Assembly: GCA_964016885.1 (NCBI GenBank)
Contig: OZ024741.1
Coordinates: 2,542,001 to 2,606,000, forward strand
DNA from: Eledone cirrhosa
Taxonomy: Eukaryota
DNA: 64,000 bases
Direction: 5' to 3'
The notes under the pieces are model-generated. The model saw only the letters and a list, made by a program, of their open reading frames with translations. It was not told the DNA's origin and did no database searches. A program made the translations under genes and the position numbers. Each line of letters begins with the position of its first letter. Within the stretch, counting starts at the first letter, position 1. This document shows positions 1 through 12,000 of this stretch, piece by piece.

Positions 1-3000
1 GTCAATAGGTTGAAGAGGTGTAGTCAATAGGTTGAAGAGGTGTAGTCAATAGGTTGAAGAGCTGTAGTCAATAGGTTGAAGAGGTGTAGTCAATAGGTTG
101 AAGAGGTGTAGTCAATAGGTTGAAGAGGTGTAGTCAACAGGTTTGAGAGGTGTAGTCAATAGGTTGAAGAGGTGTAGTCAATAGGTTGAAGAGCTGTAGT
201 CAATAGGTTGAAGAGGTGTAGTCAATAGGTTGAAGAGCTGTAGTCAATAGGTTGAAGAGGTGTAGTCAATAGGTTGAAGAGGTGTAGTCAATAGGTTGAA
301 GAGGTGTAGTCAATAGGTTGAAGAGGTGTAGTCAACAGGTTTAAGAGCTGTAGTCAATAGGTTTAAGAGCTGTAGTCAATAGGTTGAAGAGGTGTAGTCA
401 ATAGGTTGAAGAGCTGTAGTCAATAGGTTGAAGAGGTGTAGTCAATAGGTTGAAGAGGTGTAGTCAATAGGTTGAAGAGGTGTAGTCAATAGGTTGAAGA
501 GGTGTAGTCAATAGGTTGAAGAGGTGTAGTCAATAGGTTGAAGAGCTGTAGTCAATAGGTTGAAGAGGTGTAGTCAATAGGTTGAAGAGGTGTAGTCAAT
601 AGGTTGAAGAGGTGTAGTCAATAGGTTGAAGAGGTGTAGTCAACAGGTTTAAGAGCTGTAGTCAATAGGTTTAAGAGCTGTAGTCAATAGGTTGAAGAGG
701 TGTAGTCAATAGGTTGAAGAGCTGTAGTCAATAGGTTGAAGAGGTGTAGTCAATAGGTTGAAGAGGTGTAGTCAATAGGTTGAAGAGGTGTAGTCAACAG
801 GTTTAAGAGCTGTAGTCAATAGGTTTAAGAGGTGTAGTCAATAGGTTGAAGAGCTGTAGTCAATAGGTTGAAGAGGTGTAGTCAATAGGTTGAAGAGCTG
901 TAGTCAATAGGTTGAAGAGGTGTAGTCAATAGGTTGAAGAGGTGTAGTCAATAGGTTGAAGAGGTGTAGTCAACAGGTTTGAGAGGTGTAGTCAATAGGT
1001 TGAAGAGGTGTAGTCAATAGGTTGAAGAGGTGTAGTCAATAGGTTGAAGAGGTGTAGTCAATAGGTTGAAGAGGTGTAGTCAATAGGTTGAAGAGGTGTA
1101 GTCAATAGGTTGAAGAGGTGTAGTCAATAGGTTGAAGAGGTGTAGTCAATAGGTTGAAGAGGTGTAGTCAATAGGTTGAAGAGGTGTAGTCAATAGGTTG
1201 AAGAGCTGTAGTCAATAGGTTGAAGAGGTGTAGTCAATAGGTTGAAGAGGTGTAGTCAATAGGTTGAAGAGGTGTAGTCAACAGGTTTGAGAGGTGTAGT
1301 CAATAGGTTGAAGAGGTGTAGTCAATAGGTTGAAGAGCTGTAGTCAATAGGTTGAAGAGGTGTAGTCAATAGGTTGAAGAGCTGTAGTCAATAGGTTGAA
1401 GAGGTGTAGTCAATAGGTTGAAGAGGTGTAGTCAATAGGTTGAAGAGGTGTAGTCAATAGGTTGAAGAGGTGTAGTCAACAGGTTTAAGAGCTGTAGTCA
1501 ATAGGTTTAAGAGCTGTAGTCAATAGGTTGAAGAGGTGTAGTCAATAGGTTGAAGAGCTGTAGTCAATAGGTTGAAGAGGTGTAGTCAATAGGTTGAAGA
1601 GGTGTAGTCAATAGGTTGAAGAGGTGTAGTCAACAGGTTTAAGAGCTGTAGTCAATAGGTTTAAGAGGTGTAGTCAATAGGTTGAAGAGCTGTAGTCAAT
1701 AGGTTGAAGAGGTGTAGTCAATAGGTTGAAGAGCTGTAGTCAATAGGTTGAAGAGGTGTAGTCAATAGGTTGAAGAGGTGTAGTCAATAGGTTGAAGAGG
1801 TGTAGTCAACAGGTTTGAGAGGTGTAGTCAATAGGTTGAAGAGGTGTAGTCAATAGGTTGAAGAGGTGTAGTCAATAGGTTGAAGAGGTGTAGTCAATAG
1901 GTTGAAGAGGTGTAGTCAATAGGTTGAAGAGGTGTAGTCAATAGGTTGAAGAGGTGTAGTCAATAGGTTTAAGAGGTGTAGTCAATAGGTTGAAGAGGTG
2001 TAGTCAATAGGTTGAAGAGGTGTAGTCAATAGGTTGAAGAGGTGTAGTCAATAGGTTTAAGAGGTGTAGTCAATAGGTTGAAGAGCTGTAGTCAATAGGT
2101 TGAAGAGGTGTAGTCAATAGGTTGAAGAGGTGTAGTCAATAGGTTGAAGAGGTGTAGTCAACAGGTTTGAGAGGTGTAGTCAATAGGTTGAAGAGGTGTA
2201 GTCAATAGGTTGAAGAGGTGTAGTCAATAGGTTGAAGAGGTGTAGTCAATAGGTTGAAGAGGTGTAGTCAACAGGTTTGAGAGGTGTAGTCAATAGGTTG
2301 AAGAGGTGTAGTCAATAGGTTGAAGAGCTGTAGTCAATAGGTTGAAGAGGTGTAGTCAATAGGTTGAAGAGGTGTAGTCAATAGGTTGAAGAGCTGTAGT
2401 CAATAGGTTGAAGAGGTGTAGTCAATAGGTTTAAGAGCTGTAGTCAATAGGTTGAAGAGGTGTAGTCAATAGGTTGAAGAGCTGTAGTCAATAGGTTGAA
2501 GAGGTGTAGTCAATAGGTTGAAGAGGTGTAGTCAATAGGTTGAAGAGGTGTAGTCAATAGGTTGAAGAGCTGTAGTCAATAGGTTGAAGAGCTGTAGTCA
2601 ATAGGTTGAAGAGGTGTAGTCAATAGGTTGAAGAGGTGTAGTCAATAGGTTGAAGAGGTGTAGTCAATAGGTTGAAGAGCTGTAGTCAATAGGTTGAAGA
2701 GCTGTAGTCAATAGGTTTAAGAGGTGTAGTCAATAGGTTGAAGAGGTGTAGTCAATAGGTTGAAGAGCTGTAGTCAATAGGTTGAAGAGCTGTAGTCAAT
2801 AGGTTGAAGAGGTGTAGTCAATAGGTTGAAGAGGTGTAGTCAATAGGTTGAAGAGGTGTAGTCAATAGGTTGAAGAGCTGTAGTCAATAGGTTGAAGAGC
2901 TGTAGTCAATAGGTTGAAGAGGTGTAGTCAATAGGTTGAAGAGGTGTAGTCAATAGGTTGAAGAGCTGTAGTCAATAGGTTGAAGAGCTGTAGTCAATAG

Positions 3001-6000
3001 GTTGAAGAGGTGTAGTCAATAGGTTGAAGAGGTGTAGTCAATAGGTTGAAGAGGTGTAGTCAATAGGTTGAAGAGGTGTAGTCAATAGGTTGAAGAGGTG
3101 TAGTCAATAGGTTGAAAAGCTGTAGTCAATAGGTTGAAGAGCTGTAGTCAATAGGTTGAAGAGGTGTAGTCAATAGGTTGAAGAGGTGTAGTCAATAGGT
3201 TGAAGAGGTGTAGTCAATAGGTTGAAGAGGTGTAGTCAATAGGTTGAAGAGGTGTAGTCAATAGGTTGAAGAGGTGTAGTCAATAGGTTGAAGAGCTGTA
3301 GTCAATAGGTTGAAGAGCTGTAGTCAATAGGTTGAAGAGGTGTAGTCAATAGGTTGAAGAGGTGTAGTCAATAGGTTGAAGAGGTGTAGTCAATAGGTTG
3401 AAGAGGTGTAGTCAACAGGTTGAAGAGGTGTAGTCAATAGGTTGAAGAGCTGTAGTCAATAGGTTGAAGAGCTGTAGTCAATAGGTTGAAGAGCTGTAGT
3501 CAATAGGTTGAAGAGGTGTAGTCAATAGGTTTAAGAGGTGTAGTCAATAGGTTGAAGAGGTGTAGTCAATAGGTTGAAGAGGTGTAGTCAACAGGTTGAA
3601 GAGGTGTAGTCAATAGGTTGAAGAGGTGTAGTCAATAGGTTGAAGAGCTGTAGTCAATAGGTTGAAGAGGTGTAGTCAATAGGTTGAAGAGGTGTAGTCA
3701 ATAGGTTGAAGAGGTGTAGTCAACAGGTTGAAGAGGTGTAGTCAATAGGTTGAAGAGCTGTAGTCAATAGGTTGAAGAGCTATAGTCAATAGGTTGAAGA
3801 GGTGTAGTCAATAGGTTGAAGAGGTGTAGTCAATAGGTTGAAGAGGTGTAGTCAATAGGTTGAAGAGGTGTAGTCAATAGGTTGAAGAGGTGTAGTCAAT
3901 AGGTTGAAGAGGTGTAGTCAATAGGTTGAAGAGGTGTAGTCAATAGGTTGAAGAGCTGTAGTCAATAGGTTGAAGAGCTGTAGTCAATAGGTTGAAGAGG
4001 TGTAGTCAATAGGTTTAAGAGGTGTAGTCAATAGGTTGAAGAGGTGTAGTCAATAGGTTGAAGAGGTGTAGTCAATAGGTTGAAGAGCTGTAGTCAATAG
4101 GTTGAAGAGGTGTAGTCAATAGGTTGAAGAGGTGTAGTCAATAGGTTGAAGAGGTGAAGTCAATAGGTTGAAGAGCTGTAGTCAATAGGTTGAAGAGCTG
4201 TAGTCAATAGGTTGAAGAGGTGTAGTCAATAGGTTTAAGAGGTGTAGTCAATAGGTTGAAGAGGTGTAGTCAATAGGTTGAAGAGCTGTAGTCAATAGGT
4301 TGAAGAGCTGTAGTCAATAGGTTGAAGAGGTGTAGTCAATAGGTTGAAGAGCTGTAGTCAATAGGTTGAAGAGCTGTAGTCAATAGGTTGAAGAGGTGTA
4401 GTCAATAGGTTGAAGAGGTGTAGTCAATAGGTTGAAGAGCTGTAGTCAATAGGTTTAAGAGCTGTAGTCAATAGGTTGAAGAGCTGTAGTCAATAGGTTG
4501 AAGAGCTGTAGTCAATAGGTTGAAGAGGTGTAGTCAATAGGTTTAAGAGGTGTAGTCAATAGGTTGAAGAGGTGTAGTCAATAGGTTGAAGAGGTGTAGT
4601 CAACAGGTTGAAGAGGTGTAGTCAATAGGTTGAAGAGGTGTAGTCAATAGGTTGAAGAGCTGTAGTCAATAGGTTGAAGAGGTGTAGTCAATAGGTTGAA
4701 GAGGTGTAGTCAACAGGTTTGAGAGGTGTAGTCAATAGGTTGAAGAGGTGTAGTCAATAGGTTTAAGAGGTGTAGTCAATATGTTGAAGAGGTGTAGTCA
4801 ATAGGTTGAAGAGGTGTAGTCAATAGGTTGAAGAGGTGTAGTCAATAGGTTGAAGAGGTGTAGTCAATAGGTTGAAGAGGTGTAGTCAATAGGTTGAAGA
4901 GGTGTAGTCAATAGGTTGAAGAGGTGTAGTCAATAGGTTGAAGAGGTGTAGTCAATAGGTTGAAGAGGTGTAGTCAATAGGTTGAAGAGGTGTAGTCAAT
5001 AGGTTGAAGAGGTGTAGTCAATAGGTTGAAGAGGTGTAGTCAATAGGTTGAAGAGGTGTAGTCAATAGGTTGAAGAGGTGTAGTCAACAGGTTTGAGAGG
5101 TGTAGTCAATAGGTTGAAGAGCTGTAGTCAATAGGTTGAAGAGGTGTAGTCAATAGGTTGAAGAGGTGTAGTCAATAGGTTGAAGAGGTGTAGTCAATAG
5201 GTTGAAGAGCTGTAGTCAACAGGTTGAAGAGGTGTAGTCAATAGGTTGAAGAGGTGTAGTCAATAGGTTGAAGAGGTGTAGTCAATAGGTTGAAGAGGTG
5301 TAGTCAATAGGTTGAAGAGGTGTAGTCAATAGGTTGAAGAGGTGTAGTCAATAGGTTTAAGAGGTGTAGTCAATAGGTTGAAGAGCTGTAGTCAATAGGT
5401 TGAAGAGGTGTAGTCAATAGGTTGAAGAGGTGTAGTCAATAGGTTGAAGAGGTGTAGTCAATAGGTTGAAGAGGTGTAGTCAATAGGTTGAAGAGCTGTA
5501 GTCAATAGGTTGAAGAGGTGTAGTCAATAGGTTGAAGAGCTGTAGTCAATAGGTTGAAGAGGTGTAGTCAATAGGTTGAAGAGGTGTAGTCAATAGGTTG
5601 AAGAGGTGTAGTCAATAGGTTGAAGAGGTGTAGTCAATAGGTTGAAGAGCTGTAGTCAATAGGTTGAAGAGGTGTAGTCAATAGGTTGAAGAGCTGTAGT
5701 CAATAGGTTGAAGAGGTGTAGTCAATAGGTTGAAGAGGTGTAGTCAATAGGTTGAAGAGGTGTAGTCAATAGGTTTAAGAGGTGTAGTCAATAGGTTTAA
5801 GAGGTGTAGTCAATAGGTTGAAGAGCTGTAGTCAATAGGTTGAAGAGGTGTAGTCAATAGGTTGAAGAGCTGTAGTCAATAGGTTGAAGAGGTGTAGTCA
5901 ATAGGTTGAAGAGGTGTAGTCAATAGGTTGAAGAGGTGTAGTCAATAGGTTGAAGAGGTGTAGTCAATAGGTTGAAGAGGTGTAGTCAATAGGTTGAAGA

Positions 6001-9000
6001 GCTGTAGTCAATAGGTTTAAGAGGTGTAGTCAATAGGTTGAAGAGGTGTAGTCAATAGGTTGAAGAGCTGTAGTCAATAGGTTGAAGAGGTGTAGTCAAT
6101 AGGTTGAAGAGGTGTAGTCAATAGGTTGAAGAGCTGTAGTCAATAGGTTTAAGAGGTGTAGTCAATAGGTTGAAGAGCTGTAGTCAATAGGTTGAAGAGG
6201 TGTAGTCAATAGGTTGAAGAGGTGTAGTCAATAGGTTGAAGAGCTGTAGTCAATAGGTTTAAGAGGTGTAGTCAATAGGTTGAAGAGCTGTAGTCAATAG
6301 GTTTAAGAGGTGTAGTCAATAGGTTGAAGAGGTGTAGTCAATAGGTTGAAGAGCTGTAGTCAATAGGTTTAAGAGGTGTAGTCAATAGGTTGAAGAGCTG
6401 TAGTCAATAGGTTTAAGAGGTGTAGTCAATAGGTTGAAGAGCTGTAGTCAATAGGTTGAAGAGCTGTAGTCAATAGGTTGAAGAGGTGTAGTCAATAGGT
6501 TGAAGAGGTGTAGTCAATAGGTTGAAGAGCTGTAGTCAATAGGTTGAAGAGGTGTAGTCAATAGGTTGAAGAGGTGTAGTCAATAGGTTGAAGAGGTGTA
6601 GTCAATAGGTTTAAGAGCTGTAGTCAATAGGTTTAAGAGGTGTAGTCAATAGGTTGAAGAGGTGTAGTCAATAGGTTGAAGAGGTGTAGTCAATAGGTTG
6701 AAGAGCTGTAGTCAATAGGTTGAAGAGGTGTAGTCAATAGGTTGAAGAGGTGTAGTCAATAGGTTGAAGAGGTGTAGTCAATAGGTTGAAGAGGTGTAGT
6801 CAATAGGTTGAAGAGCTGTAGTCAATAGGTTGAAGAGGTGTAGTCAATAGGTTGAAGAGGTGTAGTCAATAGGTTGAAGAGCTGTAGTCAATAGGTTGAA
6901 GAGCTGTAGTCAATAGGTTTAAGAGCTGTAGTCAATAGGTTTAAGAGGTGTAGTCAATAGGTTGAAGAGGTGTAGTCAATAGGTTGAAGAGGTGTAGTCA
7001 ATAGGTTGAAGAGGTGTAGTGAACAGGTTTGAGAGGTGTAGTCAATAGGTTGAAGAGGTGTAGTCAATAGGTTGAAGAGCTGTAGTCAATAGGTTGAAGA
7101 GGTGTAGTCAATAGGTTGAAGAGCTGTAGTCAATAGGTTGAAGAGGTGTAGTCAATAGGTTGAAGAGCTGTAGTCAATAGGTTGAAGAGGTGTAGTCAAT
7201 AGGTTGAAGAGGTGTAGTCAATAGGTTGAAGAGGTGTAGTCAACAGGTTTGAGAGGTGTAGTCAATAGGTTGAAGAGGTGTAGTCAATAGGTTGAAGAGG
7301 TGTAGTCAATAGGTTGAAGAGGTGTAGTCAATAGGTTGAAGAGGTGTAGTCAATAGGTTGAAGAGGTGTAGTCAATAGGTTGAAGAGCTGTAGTCAATAG
7401 GTTGAAGAGGTGTAGTCAATAGGTTGAAGAGGTGTAGTCAATAGGTTGAAGAGCTGTAGTCAATAGGTTGAAGAGCTGTAGTCAATAGGTTTAAGAGCTG
7501 TAGTCAATAGGTTTAAGAGGTGTAGTCAATAGGTTGAAGAGCTGTAGTCAATAGGTTGAAGAGGTGTAGTCAATAGGTTGAAGAGGTGTAGTCAATAGGT
7601 TGAAGAGGTGTAGTCAATAGGTTGAAGAGGTGTAGTCAATAGGTTGAAGAGGTGTAGTCAACAGGTTTGAGAGGTGTAGTCAATAGGTTGAAGAGGTGTA
7701 GTCAATAGGTTGAAGAGCTGTAGTCAATAGGTTGAAGAGGTGTAGTCAATAGGTTGAAGAGGTGTAGTCAATAGGTTTCAGAGGTGTAGTCAATAGGTTG
7801 AAGAGGTGTAGTCAATAGGTTTAAGAGGTGTAGGCAATAGGTTGAAGAGGTGTAGTCAATAGGTTTAAGAGGTGTAGTCAATAGGTTGAAGAGGTGTAGT
7901 CAATAGGTTTAAGAGCTGTAGTCAATAGGTTGAAGAGGTGTAGTCAATAGGTTTAAGAGCTGTAGTCAATAGGTTGAAGAGGTGTAGTCAACAGGTTTCA
8001 GATGTGTAGTCAATAGGTTGAAGAGGTGTAGTCAATAGGTTGAAGAGCTGTAGTCAATAGGTTGAAGAGGTGTAGTCAACAGGTTTCAGAGGTGTAGTCA
8101 ATAGGTTGAAGAGGTGTAGTCAATAGGTTTAAGAGGTGTAGTCAACAGGTTTAAGAGGTGTAGTCAATAGGTTGAAGAGGTGTAGTCAATAGGTTGAAGA
8201 GGTGTAGTCAATAGGTTGAAGAGCTGTAGTCAATAGGTTGAAGAGGTGTAGTCAATAGGTTGAAGAGGTGTAGTCAATAGGTTGAAGAGCTGTAGTCAAT
8301 AGGTTGAAGAGGTGTAGTCAATAGGTTGAAGAGGTGTAGTCAATAGGTTGAAGAGGTGTAGTCAATAGGTTGAAGAGGTGTAGTCAATAGGTTGAAGAGC
8401 TGTAGTCAATAGGTTGAAGAGGTGTAGTCAATAGGTTGAAGAGGTGTAGTCAATAGGTTGAAGAGCTGTAGTCAATAGGTTGAAGAGCTGTAGTCAATAG
8501 GTTGAAGAGGTGTAGTCAACAGGTTTCAGAGGTGTAGTCAATAGGTTGAAGAGGTGTAGTCAATAGGTTTAAGAGCTGTAGTCAATAGGTTGAAGAGGTG
8601 TAGTCAACAGGTTTCAGAGGTGTAGTCAATAGGTTGAAGAGGTGTAGTCAATAGGTTGAAGAGGTGTAGTCAATAGGTTTCAGAGGTGTAGTCAATAGGT
8701 TGAAGAGGTGTAGTCAATAGGTTGAAGAGGTGTAGTCAATAGGTTGAAGAGGTGTAGTCAATAGGTTGAAGAGGTGTAGTCAATAGGTTGAAGAGCTGTA
8801 GTCAATAGGTTGAAGAGGTGTAGTCAATAGGTTTAAGAGGTGTAGTCAATAGGTTGAAGAGGTGTAGTCAATAGGTTGAAGAGGTGTAGTCAATAGGTTT
8901 AAGAGGTGTAGTCAATAGGTTGAAGAGGTGTAGTCAATAGGTTTAAGAGGTGTAGTCAATAGGTTTAAGAGGTGTAGTCAATAGGTTTAAGAGGTGTAGT

Positions 9001-12000
9001 CAATAGGTTTAAGAGGTGTAGTCAATAGGTTTAAGAGGTGTAGTCAATAGGTTGAAGAGGTGTAGTCAATAGGTTGAAGAGGTGTAGTCAACAGGTTTAA
9101 GAGGTGTAGTCAATAGGTTGAAGAGGTGTAGTCAATAGGTTGAAGAGGTGTAGTCAATAGGTTGAAGAGCTGTAGTCAATAGGTTTAAGAGCTGTAGTCA
9201 ACAGGTTTAAGAGGTGTAGTCAATAGGTTTAAGAGGTGTAGTCAATAGGTTGAAGAGGTGTAGTCAATAGGTTGAAGAGCTGTAGTCAACAGGTTTAAGA
9301 GGTGTAGTCAATAGGTTTAAGAGGTGTAGTCAATAGGTTGAAGAGGTGTAGTCAATAGGTTGAAGAGCTGTAGTCAATAGGTTTAAGAGGTGTAGTCAAT
9401 AGGTTGAAGAGGTGTAGTCAATAGGTTGAAGAGGTGTAGTCAATAGGTTGAAGAGCTGTAGTCAATAGGTTGAAGAGGTGTAGTCAACAGGTTTCAGAGG
9501 TGTAGTCAATAGGTTGAAGAGGTGTAGTCAATAGGTTGAAGAGGTGTAGTCAATAGGTTGAAGAGGTGTAGTCAATAGGTTGAAGAGGTGTAGTCAATAG
9601 GTTGAAGAGGTGTAGTCAATAGGTTGAAGAGGTGTAGTCAATAGGTTTAAGAGGTGTAGTCAATAGGTTTAAGAGGTGTAGTCAATAGGTTGAAGAGGTG
9701 TAGTCAATAGGTTGAAGAGGTGTAGTCAACAGGTTTAAGAGGTGTAGTCAATAGGTTTAAGAGCTGTAGTCAATAGGTTGAAGAGGTGTAGTCAACAGGT
9801 TTCAGAGGTGTAGTCAATAGGTTGAAGAGGTGTAGTCAATAGGTTGAAGAGGTGTAGTCAATAGGTTGAAGAGGTGTAGTCAATAGGTTGAAGAGGTGTA
9901 GTCAATAGGTTTAAGAGGTGTAGTCAATAGGTTTAAGAGGTGTAGTCAATAGGTTTAAGAGGTGTAGTCAATAGGTTGAAGAGCTGTAGTCAATAGGTTG
10001 AAGAGCTGTAGTCAATAGGTTTAAGAGCTGTAGTCAACAGGTTTAAGAGGTGTAGTCAATAGGTTTAAGAGGTGTAGTCAATAGGTTGAAGAGGTGTAGT
10101 CAATAGGTTGAAGAGGTGTAGTCAATAGGTTTAAGAGGTGTAGTCAATAGGTTTAAGAGCTGTAGTCAATAGGTTTAAGAGGTGTAGTCAATAGGTTGAA
10201 GAGGTGTAGTCAATAGGTTGAAGAGGTGTAGTCAATAGGTTGAAGAGCTGTAGTCAATAGGTTGAAGAGGTGTAGTCAATAGGTTGAAGAGCTGTAGTCA
10301 ATAGGTTTAAGAGGTGTAGTCAATAGGTTGAAGAGGTGTAGTCAATAGGTTTAAGAGGTGTAGTCAATAGGTTGAAGAGGTGTAGTCAATAGGTTTAAGA
10401 GGTGTAGTCAATAGGTTTAAGAGCTGTAGTCAATAGGTTGAAGAGCTGTAGTCAATAGGTTGAAGAGGTGTAGTCAATAGGTTGAAGAGGTGTAGTCAAT
10501 AGGTTGAAGAGGTGTAGTCAATAGGTTTAAGAGGTGTAGTCAATAGGTTTAAGAGGTGTAGTCAATAGGTTTAAGAGCTGTAGTCAATAGGTTTAAGAGG
10601 TGTAGTCAATAGGTTTAAGAGGTGTAGTCAATAGGTTGAAGAGGTGTAGTCAATAGGTTTAAGAGGTGTAGTCAATAGGTTGAAGAGGTGTAGTCAATAG
10701 GTTTAAGAGGTGTAGTCAATAGGTTTAAGCCGTGTAGTCAATAGGTTGAAGAGGTGTAGTCAATAGGTTTAAGAGGTGTAGTCAATAGGTTTAAGAGGTG
10801 TAGTCAATAGGTTGAAGAGGTGTAGTCAATAGGTTTAAGAGCTGTAGTCAATAGGTTGAAGAGGTGTAGTCAATAGGTTGAAGAGGTGTAGTCAATAGGT
10901 TTAAGAGGTGTAGTCAATAGGTTTAAGAGCTGTAGTCAATAGGTTTAAGAGGTGTAGTCAATAGGTTTAAGAGGTGTAGTCAATAGGTTGAAGTGGTGTA
11001 GTCAATAGGTTTAAGAGGTGTAGTCAATAGGTTTAAGAGGTGTAGTCAATAGGTTTAAGAGGTGTAGTCAATAGGTTGAAGAGGTGTAGTCAATAGGTTT
11101 AAGAGGTGTAGTCAATAGGTTTAAGAGGTGTAGTCAATAGGTTTAAGAGGTGTAGTCAATAGGTTGAAGAGGTGTAGTCAATAGGTTTAAGAGGTGTAGT
11201 CAATAGGTTTAAGAGGTGTAGTCAATAGGTTTAAGAGCTGTAGTCAATAGGTTTAAGAGCTGTAGTCAACAGGTTTAAGAGGTGTAGTCAATAGGTTGAA
11301 GAGGTGTAGTCAATAGGTTGAAGAGGTGTAGTCAATAGGTTGAAGAGCTGTAGTCAACAGGTTTAAGAGGTGTAGTCAATAGGTTTAAGAGGTGTAGTCA
11401 ATAGGTTGAAGAGGTGTAGTCAATAGGTTGAAGAGCTGTAGTCAATAGGTTTAAGAGGTGTAGTCAATAGGTTGAAGAGGTGTAGTCAATAGGTTGAAGA
11501 GGTGTAGTCAATAGGTTGAAGAGCTGTAGTCAATAGGTTGAAGAGGTGTAGTCAACAGGTTTCAGAGGTGTAGTCAATAGGTTGAAGAGGTGTAGTCAAT
11601 AGGTTGAAGAGGTGTAGTCAATAGGTTGAAGAGGTGTAGTCAATAGGTTGAAGAGGTGTAGTCAATAGGTTGAAGAGGTGTAGTCAATAGGTTGAAGAGG
11701 TGTAGTCAATAGGTTTAAGAGGTGTAGTCAATAGGTTTAAGAGGTGTAGTCAATAGGTTGAAGAGGTGTAGTCAATAGGTTTAAGAGGTGTAGTCAATAG
11801 GTTTAAGAGGTGTAGTCAATAGGTTGAAGAGGTGTAGTCAATAGGTTTAAGAGCTGTAGTCAATAGGTTGAAGAGGTGTAGTCAATAGGTTGAAGAGGTG
11901 TAGTCAATAGGTTTAAGAGGTGTAGTCAATAGGTTTAAGAGCTGTAGTCAATAGGTTTAAGAGGTGTAGTCAATAGGTTTAAGAGGTGTAGTCAATAGGT

